From: Bacillota bacterium
GTDB taxonomy: Bacteria > Bacillota > Clostridia > Christensenellales > UMGS416
Direction of reading: 5' to 3'
Length of the DNA stretch: 64,000 nt
Assembly: GCA_023410875.1 (NCBI GenBank)
Contig: JAEYPH010000036.1
Span: 11 to 64,010 of the forward strand
The translations under genes were made by a program, and so were the position numbers. Below the pieces are notes generated by a model. The model was not told the origin of the DNA. It saw only the letters and a list, made by a program, of their open reading frames with translations, and made no database searches. This document shows positions 45,038-52,530 of this stretch, one piece after another (position 1 is the stretch's first letter; every line of letters begins with the position of its first letter).

Positions 45038-45457
45038 ATGGATCAAAAGCAGACCGCCGCCCAGGCGGACACGCTGTGGAAGGATCGCAAGCGCACGCTG
45101 TTCGGGTTGCCTTGGTCTTTCACCCGTTACCGACTTACGGGGAAGAAACTTATCCTGAAAAAAGGTTTATTTACGCTCACCGAGGATGAAATCCTTCTCT
45201 ATCGTGTGCTGGACATGCGCCTGGTGCGTACCTTCGGCCAGCGGCTTTGGGGTCTGGGCACCATCATCCTTTTGTCTGGAGACGCGACGTCGCCGGAGTT
45301 CCGCGTCCTCAACATCAAGAAATCCGAGCGAGTGCGGGACAGGATATCCGAACTCGTTGAGCAGGAGCGTTCCCGGTTGCGCCTGCAGGGCCGCGAGCTC
45401 GTGGGCATCGCCGACGAGACCGGGGATGTGGCCGCCGAGTCAGGGCTGATCGGCTAG
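45038..45457 (+). CDS. bacterial PH-domain (YdbS/YdbT, DUF304-like) protein
   Basis: RYRLTGKKLILKKGLFTLTEDEILLYRVLDMRLVRTFGQRLWGLGTIILLSGD; GAAGGGGGAG RBS. Confidence 0.8.
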   Translation: MDQKQTAAQADTLWKDRKRTLFGLPWSFTRYRLTGKKLILKKGLFTLTEDEILLYRVLDMRLVRTFGQRLWGLGTIILLSGDATSPEFRVLNIKKSERVRDRISELVEQERSRLRLQGRELVGIADETGDVAAESGLIG

Positions 45458-45481
45458 TTTCATATAGATCGCATTTATTAG

Positions 45482-45508
45482 GCCGGAGCAGTTTCGCTCC
45501 GGCTTTTT
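45482..45508 (+). terminator. intrinsic terminator after the PH-domain gene
   Basis: GCCGGAGC-agtttc-GCTCCGGC followed by TTTTT. Confidence 0.8.
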
Positions 45509-45663
45509 GCTACCCATGCATGAATATCTCTATGGTAGATAGGCAATAACTTTATGAAAAATCATTGGATTTTTACGTTTTATGGTACCACAGACGTGCT
45601 ATAATATGTTTAAGAGACGAACAAGTGTACTCATATTTCGGTCAATCAATCGCTGGAGGTCCT

Positions 45664-46152
45664 ATGAAAAAGAGAGTTGGGGTTTGGATGCTGTTGGCGG
45701 CTGCCGGCGTAGCTGCGGTCGCTACGGTCTCGGGCGTGGGCGGTGTTGTGGAGCTGGCGCTGGCAGCACTCAGCTGTGAATTCGTGGCGGCGGTGGCCCG
45801 CGAGCTGCGGGGTGACGCCACCCAAGCCAGGAGGGGTGTGCCTCAGGTTTTACCGTTGGTTGCGCTGCTGGGCGCCGCAGGCGTGGCGGATGCTCTTGTT
45901 GGGCCGGGTTTCCTGTTCCGCGTGGCGGTGTGCGTGGTCAGCATGGGCTTAAACGCGCTGCCCCGTGCCCTGAGCCCGTGGAGAAAGCGCAAAGCTTTTG
46001 TCGTTTCCCCGTTTACGGTGGTATCGCGCGCCCCTATAATGGGTGCAAGAGCGGCGCTGCCGCCACACCATGGGAGAGCGAGGATGCGGCCATGTATGAG
46101 CTCATACCGGCGGGGGAGAGGACGTGGGTTGTCAACTGCCCTGCAAAGATAG
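45664..46152 (+). CDS. possible small membrane protein; 3' part doubtful
   Basis: GGAGG RBS before ATG 45664. The first ~110 aa are hydrophobic (MKKRVGVWMLLAAAGVAAVATVSG...). The Arg-rich tail overlaps the next gene by ~60 nt, so the true end or reality is uncertain. Confidence 0.35.
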   Translation: MKKRVGVWMLLAAAGVAAVATVSGVGGVVELALAALSCEFVAAVARELRGDATQARRGVPQVLPLVALLGAAGVADALVGPGFLFRVAVCVVSMGLNALPRALSPWRKRKAFVVSPFTVVSRAPIMGARAALPPHHGRARMRPCMSSYRRGRGRGLSTALQR

Positions 46153-46967
46153 GAATCTTTCTGGGTGACGACGGCGCCACGCTGATCGACAGCGGCAACG
46201 ACAAGGAAGCGGCCAAAAAGGTGCAGCGCATCCTGGAGGCCAACGGGTGGACGCTCAGGCGCGTCGTGAACACCCATTCCAACGCCGACCACATCGGTGG
46301 CAACGCAGCGCTGCAGCAACGCACCGGCTGCGAGATTCTTGGCACGGCGCTGGAGAACGCCTTCACGCGTTTCCCCCACGTGGAGCCTTCCTTCCTGTAC
46401 GGCGGATACCCTCCAAGAGAGCTGCGCAACAAATTCCTGCAGGCGGTGCCTTCGCAGCCCACCGGTGACATGGACGAGACGCCGGTGCCGGGGCTTGCGT
46501 TCTTCCGGTTGGGCGGCCACTTCTTCGATATGATCGGCGTGCGCACCGCCGACGACGTGTGCTTTCTGGCCGACAGCCTGTTCGGTGAAAACATCCTGCA
46601 AAAGTACCATATTAACTTCATCTATGACGTACAGGAATATCTGAACACGCTGGAGATGCTGCGGGGCATGAGGGCCCGGCTGTTCGTGCCGGCCCATGCC
46701 GACATCACCGATGACCTTGCGACGCTCATAGATGCCAACCGTGCCAAGGTGCTGGAGATTCGAGACTTGCTGCTGAACATCTGCTCGGTGGGGCTGGTGT
46801 TCGAGGACATCCTGCACCGGGTATTTGAGCACTACGGCCTGACGATGGACTTCAACCAATATGTGCTGGTGGGCAGCACGATCCGCAGCTACCTGGCGTG
46901 GCTGCACGATGGCGGGCAGCTGGCCTGCGGCTTTGAGGAGAACTATCTGCGCTGGAAGACCGTGTAA
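46092..46967 (+). CDS. MBL-fold metallo-hydrolase family protein
   Basis: Start trimmed to MYELIPAGERTWVVNCPAKIGIF (GAGGA RBS). The metal motif region reads NTHSNADHIGGN. Confidence 0.85.
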   Translation: MYELIPAGERTWVVNCPAKIGIFLGDDGATLIDSGNDKEAAKKVQRILEANGWTLRRVVNTHSNADHIGGNAALQQRTGCEILGTALENAFTRFPHVEPSFLYGGYPPRELRNKFLQAVPSQPTGDMDETPVPGLAFFRLGGHFFDMIGVRTADDVCFLADSLFGENILQKYHINFIYDVQEYLNTLEMLRGMRARLFVPAHADITDDLATLIDANRAKVLEIRDLLLNICSVGLVFEDILHRVFEHYGLTMDFNQYVLVGSTIRSYLAWLHDGGQLACGFEENYLRWKTV

Positions 46968-47028
46968 GCAAATAGAGTGGTCCTCCTGAATGCAGAACGG
47001 CTCAATCATTGATTGCGGAGGAGGACGC

Positions 47029-47670
47029 ATGAAACTGGAATTTCAGACGAAACCCGGGACCTTTACAGAACAGTGGCCCGGCGAGTTTACAAGCTTCTCC
47101 TGGCAGGATTTCCTGACCTGCATCCCGTCGCCGCTGTTCCTGGTGACCAGCTACAAGGCCAACGGACTGCCCAACGCCAGCCTGCAGTCCTGGTCCACCT
47201 TCGTGGGCGAAGGCGGCGAATTCATCTGCCTGCTGGGCGCGGTGAACAAGGGCGGCCACCTGTATCGGACGCTCAAGGAGACCGGCTGTTGTGTGCTGAA
47301 TTTCCCTTCACGGGATGTCTATGACCGTTGCGCTGCTACCGTAGAGCACAACGGCTATGCTGAGGACGAACTGGCGGCCAGTGGCCTGACCGCCGAGCCA
47401 GCCAAAACGGTGAACGCGCCCCGGGTGGCCGAGTGCTTCCTGAGCATCGAATGCAAAATGCTGTGGGAGCGGGAGTACTTTGAGGGCGGCAACGGCGTCG
47501 TGATCGCCTTGAAGGCCACGAACATCTGCATGGATGAGGCGCATATGGACGAGGACAAGCTGGGTCGCTTCGGCAAAAACGGCTACATGTACAACGTCCA
47601 TTCACCCCGCAACCCGCTGACTGGCGAGGCGCTGCCCGACTGCTTCGGTGCGCTGGAGATGTATAGCTGA
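47029..47670 (+). CDS. flavin reductase-like (FMN-binding split-barrel) protein
   Basis: Start trimmed to MKLEFQTKPG (GGAGGAGG RBS). FLTCIPSPLFLVTSYKANGLPNASLQSWSTF... is typical of the Flavin_Reduct family. Confidence 0.8.
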   Translation: MKLEFQTKPGTFTEQWPGEFTSFSWQDFLTCIPSPLFLVTSYKANGLPNASLQSWSTFVGEGGEFICLLGAVNKGGHLYRTLKETGCCVLNFPSRDVYDRCAATVEHNGYAEDELAASGLTAEPAKTVNAPRVAECFLSIECKMLWEREYFEGGNGVVIALKATNICMDEAHMDEDKLGRFGKNGYMYNVHSPRNPLTGEALPDCFGALEMYS

Positions 47671-47705
47671 CAGACGCTGACGGAATTGCGGTCATTTGTG
47701 GCAGT

Positions 47706-47735
47706 AAAAAGGCGGGCGCAACAGCGCCCGCCTTT
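47706..47735. terminator. bidirectional terminator between the flavin reductase gene and purA
   Basis: AAAAA-GGCGGGCG-caacag-CGCCCGCC-TTTGG between convergent genes. Confidence 0.75.
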
Positions 47736-47751
47736 GGTGTGGTTGCTTTTG

Positions 47752-49038
47752 CTATTGGAACAATTGATCCCGCACGATGGTCTGCTCGCGGTTGGCGCCC
47801 ACACCGATGAGCGCCACGGGCACGCCGGTCAGCTCCTCAATGCGGCGGATATAGGCCTGGGCCTCCGGCGGCAGGTCTTCGAAGCGGCGCACGTCGCTGA
47901 TGTCGTCGGTCCAGCCGGGCATCTCCTCGTAGATGGGTTCGCAGCCCTCCAGGTCCTTAAGCCTGGCGGGGAAATCTGTGATGATGTGATCACCCTTTCG
48001 ATAGCCGGTGCAGATTCTGACCGGCCCCAAGCCGCCCAGCGTGTCCATGCGGGTCACGGCGATGTGGGTGATGCCGTTGACGCCCACGGCGTAGTTGAGG
48101 ATGACCGTGTCCAGCCAGCCGCAGCGGCGGGGCCGGCCGGTGCTCACGCCGTATTCCTGGCCCTTTTCTCGGATGGCGTCACCGGTGGCGTCGCACAGCT
48201 CGGTCAGGAAGGGTCCCTTGCCCACGCGGGTCGTGTAGGCTTTTACGACGCCCAGCGTGCCTTGGATCATCGTGGGGCCAACGCCTGCGCCGGTGGTCAC
48301 GCCGCCGGCGGTGGGGTGAGAGCTGGTCACATAGGGATAGGTTCCCAGGTCGATGTCCAGCAGCGTGCCCTGGGCGCCCTCGAAGAGCACCTTGGCGCCA
48401 GCGCGGATGCGCTGGTGCAGCAGGGCGATGGTGTCGGTGACATAGGGCCTCAGGCGCTCCGCGGCTTCGCGGCAGATGCGCAACGTTTCGTCATAGTCAA
48501 TGGGGTCCGCATTGTAGAGGCAGCGGAACTGGGCGTTCTTGCGCTCCACGTTGCGCTTGAGCAGCGACGGGAACACTTCGTCGTCCAGCAGGTCACAGAA
48601 GCGGATGCCGCTGCGCTCGGCCTTGTCGGTGTAGGCCGGGCCGATGCCCCGGCGGGTGGTGCCGATGTCGCCCTCGCCGCGGGCTTGTTCGGAGAGGCCG
48701 TCCTCGGTGATGTGATAGGGCATCACTACGTGGGCGCGGTCGCTGATGCGCAGGCTGGAGATGTCGATGCCCCGGCCGGCCAGGTGATCCATCTCCTGCA
48801 GCAATGCCACGGGGTTCACGACCACGCCGTTGCCGATGATGTTGAGCTTCTCGCGGTTGAAGATGCCCGCGGGCACCAGATGCAGCTTGTATTGCTCGGC
48901 GCCGATTTCCACCGTGTGGCCGGCGTTGTTGCCGCCCTGGAACCGCACGACGACATCGGCCTGAGCGGCCAGAAAGTCGACAAACCGGCCCTTGCCCTCA
49001 TCTCCCCATTGCATGCCCACTAGAACAACCGTTTTCAT
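47752..49038 (-). CDS. purA: adenylosuccinate synthase
   Basis: VVLVGMQWGDEGKGRFVDFLA, GGNNAGHTV, GTTRRGIGPAY. Confidence 0.97.
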   Translation of the reverse strand: MKTVVLVGMQWGDEGKGRFVDFLAAQADVVVRFQGGNNAGHTVEIGAEQYKLHLVPAGIFNREKLNIIGNGVVVNPVALLQEMDHLAGRGIDISSLRISDRAHVVMPYHITEDGLSEQARGEGDIGTTRRGIGPAYTDKAERSGIRFCDLLDDEVFPSLLKRNVERKNAQFRCLYNADPIDYDETLRICREAAERLRPYVTDTIALLHQRIRAGAKVLFEGAQGTLLDIDLGTYPYVTSSHPTAGGVTTGAGVGPTMIQGTLGVVKAYTTRVGKGPFLTELCDATGDAIREKGQEYGVSTGRPRRCGWLDTVILNYAVGVNGITHIAVTRMDTLGGLGPVRICTGYRKGDHIITDFPARLKDLEGCEPIYEEMPGWTDDISDVRRFEDLPPEAQAYIRRIEELTGVPVALIGVGANREQTIVRDQLFQ

Positions 49039-49071
49039 GGAATCCCATCCTTCCTGCCTTGCCGGCGGGTG

Positions 49072-50481
49072 CTATATTTCCACGCCGAGAATATCCCGCG
49101 CGACCACGATCCCCGTGACCGAGGCCTGCATGAGCCCGCGGGTCATCCCTGCGCCGTCACCGATGGCGTACAGGCCGCCAATGGCCGTCATAAACCGCTC
49201 ATTGACCGTGAGCTTGGAGGAGTAGAACTTGACTTCCACGCCATACAGCAGCGTGTTGCGCGAATACAAACCGGGCGCCAGCTTGTCGAAGGCTTTGAGC
49301 GCCTCCAGTATGCTGGTCAGGTGCCGGTGGGGCAGCACGAAGGACAGGTCGCCGGGCACCGCCGTTTCCAGCGTGGCGCGGGTGGTGGACTTGCGCAGGC
49401 GGCTTTCGGTCGTGCGCCGGCCGATGTCCAGATCGCCCAGGCGCTGCACCATGACGCCGCCGCCGGTCAGCATGTTGCCCAGGCCCGCGATGTGCCGGCC
49501 ATATTCGATGGGCTCGTTGAAGGGCGCGGTGAAGTGCGTGCTGACCAGCAACGCGAAGTTCGTATTCTCAGTGCGCTTCTCCGGGTCGCTGTAGCTGTGG
49601 CCGTTGACGACGGCCAGCCCGCCTTCGTAGTATTCGGAGCTTACCACACCGCCGGGGTTCATGCAGAACGTGCGCACCTTGTTCTCGAAGGTGTCCGAAT
49701 AATAAACGAGTTTGGCCTCGTAGAGGTGCTTTGTCAGATGATCCATGATGGAGTTGGGCACTTCTACTCGAACGCCGATGTCCACCTCGTTGTTGATGGT
49801 CTGGATGCCGCTCTTGGCCGCGGTCTCGGCCAGCCACTGGGCGCCGCCGCGGCCGGGGGCCGCCACGACCGAAGGCGCGTAGGCTTCGAAAACCTGACCG
49901 TTTTGCTCCAGCGTGACGCCCTTGACGCGGTTGTCCTCCACGAGCAAGTCGCGGGCGGTCGTGCGCGCCTGGAATTCGAAGCCTTCCATGGCATTCAGGT
50001 GGTCGTACATCGCCTTGAGCACATCGTAGGCATAATCGGTGCCCAGATGGCGCACGGGGCAGCTGACCAGCTGTATGTTGTGGCGGCTGGCTTCGTAGGC
50101 GATCTCGTCCACGCGCTTGTCGTTGAGGCCGTGCACAATGTCCGGCGCGCCGAAACCCATGTAGACGCTGTCGGCATAGCGGATGAGTTCTTCTGCCTTG
50201 CCCTTGCCGATATAGCTGGCCACCTGGCCGCCCACATCGCTGCACAGGCTTAGTTTGCCGTCGCTGAAGGCGCCGGCGCCGCTCCAGCCGTGCAGGATGC
50301 TGCAGGGTTTGCAGCCGATGCATTTGCCCAGCGTGCGGGCGGGGCACGTGCGCTTGACGATTTCGGAACCGCTGTCCACCACGAGAACCGAGGTGGCGGG
50401 TGCGTGCTTCTTGAGTTCCAGCGCGGTGAAGATGCCCGCCGGGCCCGCGCCGATGATGATGCAATCGTATGACTTTGACAT
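49072..50481 (-). CDS. FAD-dependent oxidoreductase (COG2509-type uncharacterised dehydrogenase)
   Basis: Start trimmed to MSKSYDCIIIGAGPAGIFTALEL (GAGGA RBS). Only 33 nt upstream of purA, so probably co-transcribed. Confidence 0.85.
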   Translation of the reverse strand: MSKSYDCIIIGAGPAGIFTALELKKHAPATSVLVVDSGSEIVKRTCPARTLGKCIGCKPCSILHGWSGAGAFSDGKLSLCSDVGGQVASYIGKGKAEELIRYADSVYMGFGAPDIVHGLNDKRVDEIAYEASRHNIQLVSCPVRHLGTDYAYDVLKAMYDHLNAMEGFEFQARTTARDLLVEDNRVKGVTLEQNGQVFEAYAPSVVAAPGRGGAQWLAETAAKSGIQTINNEVDIGVRVEVPNSIMDHLTKHLYEAKLVYYSDTFENKVRTFCMNPGGVVSSEYYEGGLAVVNGHSYSDPEKRTENTNFALLVSTHFTAPFNEPIEYGRHIAGLGNMLTGGGVMVQRLGDLDIGRRTTESRLRKSTTRATLETAVPGDLSFVLPHRHLTSILEALKAFDKLAPGLYSRNTLLYGVEVKFYSSKLTVNERFMTAIGGLYAIGDGAGMTRGLMQASVTGIVVARDILGVEI

Positions 50482-50553
50482 GTAATCCTCTGCCATTCCA
50501 AACATTCGGGTAAATTTCAGCCAATGAGCGATGTTCTCCCACAGGCCCAAATA

Positions 50554-50582
50554 AGTATATGGGATGGCAGGGGAACTGTCAA
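50554..50582 (-). promoter_or_regulatory. sigma-A-type promoter, TTGACA-17-TATACT
   Basis: Minus strand reads TTGACAgttcccctgccatcccaTATACT, about 70 nt upstream of the oxidoreductase start. Confidence 0.65.
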
Positions 50583-50595
50583 GAAAAACATCCAT

Positions 50596-50639
50596 AAACA
50601 CGAATATTAATTTGGAAAAGGATTAAAATGTTCGTATTT
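50596..50639 (-). promoter_or_regulatory. pair of inverted PurBox-like sequences (candidate PurR operator)
   Basis: Minus strand reads AAATACGAACATT (12/13 to AWWWCCGAACWWT), an 18-nt spacer, then the inverted AAACACGAATATT (10/13). The pair ends ~13 nt upstream of the -35. Confidence 0.5.
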
Positions 50640-50664
50640 GAATCTACGGAGGGGTAATGCTGGC

Positions 50665-51714
50665 TTACCACTGCATCGCTGCCAGTGCCAGTTTGATCTC
50701 CGCGCGCACGGCGTCATCCTTTTCGGCTTCCAGCGCTGTGCGCAACGCATCCTCAGCCTCATGACCGCCCAGCCGGCCCAGCGCCCAGGCGCTGTGGCAG
50801 CGTGCCACCTGGTTTGGGTGCTCCAGCAGCAGCTCTGCGAGCGCGGGAATCAGCGAACGGTCGCCGCTGTTGCCGGCTGCCAGCGCGGCCTGCGCCTGCA
50901 GGCGGTGTTTGCGGGCAAAATTGGCTCCGACGGCGCGCTGGAGTGCCTCCACCGCTTCTGGTCGACCGCGCAGCAGGCTTTCCAGACCGCAGGCCTGCAA
51001 CACCTCCTCGGGGATGCGCTGCACTTGGGCGTCGGCGTGGGGGCAGGACAGCGTGCATTCGGTGCAGCCCAACAGCCGGGCGCCCATGGCCTCGCGCAGC
51101 TCCATGGGCACGGCTTCGGCGCCGATCATGTGATGGCGCAGGCAGCGCAGCCGGTCAAAGCTTCCCTCGCTGAGCGCACCGGTGGGGCAGGTTTGCACGC
51201 ACAGGCCGCAGCCTTCGCAGGTGCGGTACGGCGCATCCTGCACGGGCAGCGGCGCGTCGGTGAGCACCAGGTGCAGGCTGACCAGCACGCCCAGTTCTTC
51301 GTGGCAGAACTGCTGATTCTGGCCTTGATATCCCAGCCCGGAGCGCAGCGCGGCGGCGCGGTGGGGCAGGGGCGGGTTGGCCAAAGCCCGGTGACCCCGC
51401 TCCCGCAGCCATTGGGACAGCGCTTCGGCACGGTCATGGCCTGCGTTGGATGCCGTGTAATAGTTTGCGATTTCCCCGCTGCCCTGCGGCCAAGGTTCAA
51501 AGGCGTCATACCGGCGCACGCCCACGACGATGGCCCGGGCTTCAGGCATCAGTTCCCGAGGGTCACCGCGCAGGCGCTCCTTGAGAGCATCCCACGCTGC
51601 GCGGGACCACTCTTCAAAGGGCAGCGCCGAGCACAGCCCCACGTCGTCAAAGCCCAGCGCCTGAGCCTGGGTGCGCAGCGCACCCAGCAGTTTATCATCG
51701 GTTGCGTTTTTCAC
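50665..51714 (-). CDS. queG: epoxyqueuosine reductase-like 4Fe-4S protein with C-terminal HEAT repeats
   Basis: GTG start with GGAGGT RBS. CEGCGLCVQTCPTGAL and CTECTLSCP ferredoxin motifs. C-terminal HEAT-like ALAAGNSGDRSLIPALAELLLEHPNQVARCHSAWALGRLG. Confidence 0.7.
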   Translation of the reverse strand: MKNATDDKLLGALRTQAQALGFDDVGLCSALPFEEWSRAAWDALKERLRGDPRELMPEARAIVVGVRRYDAFEPWPQGSGEIANYYTASNAGHDRAEALSQWLRERGHRALANPPLPHRAAALRSGLGYQGQNQQFCHEELGVLVSLHLVLTDAPLPVQDAPYRTCEGCGLCVQTCPTGALSEGSFDRLRCLRHHMIGAEAVPMELREAMGARLLGCTECTLSCPHADAQVQRIPEEVLQACGLESLLRGRPEAVEALQRAVGANFARKHRLQAQAALAAGNSGDRSLIPALAELLLEHPNQVARCHSAWALGRLGGHEAEDALRTALEAEKDDAVRAEIKLALAAMQW

Positions 51715-51780
51715 AGGCGGGGGACCTCCGGCATAAATTGCTCATGGACAAGACTCAGTTTGAGAAAAGGAGGGAATAAC

Positions 51781-51981
51781 GTGTCCGCAAATGCGAACCT
51801 GCCCATTGATACCGGTTGCGACGGCGAAGTCCAGGGCGCCAATACCTCGTTGCTGTTCTTCTTCCTGCTGTTGGTGATCATCTTCTCCAACTGCCCGTTC
51901 TTTGACGGCGACGGCGACACCCTGCTGTTCTTCTTCCTGCTGCTGGTGTTCATCTTCACGGAGTTCTGCGACTTCTTCTAA
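51781..51981 (+). CDS. unannotated small ORF (66 codons): tandemly duplicated Phe/Leu-rich double-TM peptide
   Basis: AAAGGAGGG 7 nt upstream of GTG 51781. Product VSANANLPIDTGCDGEVQGANTSLLFFFLLLVIIFSNCPFFDGDGDTLLFFFLLLVFIFTEFCDFF. By my count 58 of 66 codons end in G/C in this frame, against roughly half for the minus-strand ORFs listed over the same DNA. Confidence 0.6.
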   Translation: MSANANLPIDTGCDGEVQGANTSLLFFFLLLVIIFSNCPFFDGDGDTLLFFFLLLVFIFTEFCDFF

Positions 51982-52059
51982 GAGGCACAAAAGACCACCT
52001 GAAACAACATACCGACTACATGCAGGCGACGGTAATTCTACCGCCGCCTTGTTATTGCG

Positions 52060-52437
52060 CTACTTACGGTTGTTGCGGAAGGCCGAGGCCATCAGCAGAG
52101 CGCCGGCCACCACCATCGCCACCGGCACGAAGAACCACAGGTTCACATGCAGCACAGCGGTCACGATCAGATACAGGCCGAAGAGGATCAGCGCGGAGCT
52201 GAACCATAGCGACAGCTTGCGGCCATCCACCTGGTGGGCGCGTTCGCCGTCGGGCGCTTCCATCACGAACATCAGGATGAAATAGAGGATCACGGCGGGT
52301 ACGAGCATCGTGGGGATGGCAACCAGGCACCACAGCACGCGCATCAGCGTGGCGTCCATGCCCAAATACTCGGCTAACCCCGCACACACGCCGAACACCA
52401 CGGCATTGCGGGAACGGGCAAAGCGCTTTGTGTTCAT
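52060..52437 (-). CDS. PspC-domain membrane protein
   Basis: Start trimmed to MNTKRFARSRNAVVFGVCAGLAEYLGMDATLMRVLWCLV (AGGAGG RBS); three further TM segments. Confidence 0.85.
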   Translation of the reverse strand: MNTKRFARSRNAVVFGVCAGLAEYLGMDATLMRVLWCLVAIPTMLVPAVILYFILMFVMEAPDGERAHQVDGRKLSLWFSSALILFGLYLIVTAVLHVNLWFFVPVAMVVAGALLMASAFRNNRK

Positions 52438-52530
52438 AGCGGCCTCCTGTCTGCGAGCGCCTATGAGCGCCCAAGATATATCTTGATTATGCATCACCGC
52501 GGTGCGCGGGCGCAAGGGGTTCTTTGCATG

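Noticed and set aside
51711-51990. Two minus-strand ORFs (82 aa each; acidic/Gln-rich EEEQQ repeats or Lys/Ser-rich) that would sit in line with pspC and queG.
   Set aside because: Their third-codon-position G+C is only about half by my count, against 58/66 for the plus-strand frame. The repeat structure reads as a coherent hydrophobic duplication only in the plus frame. An AGGTGG near the TTG at 51990 keeps a small residual doubt.
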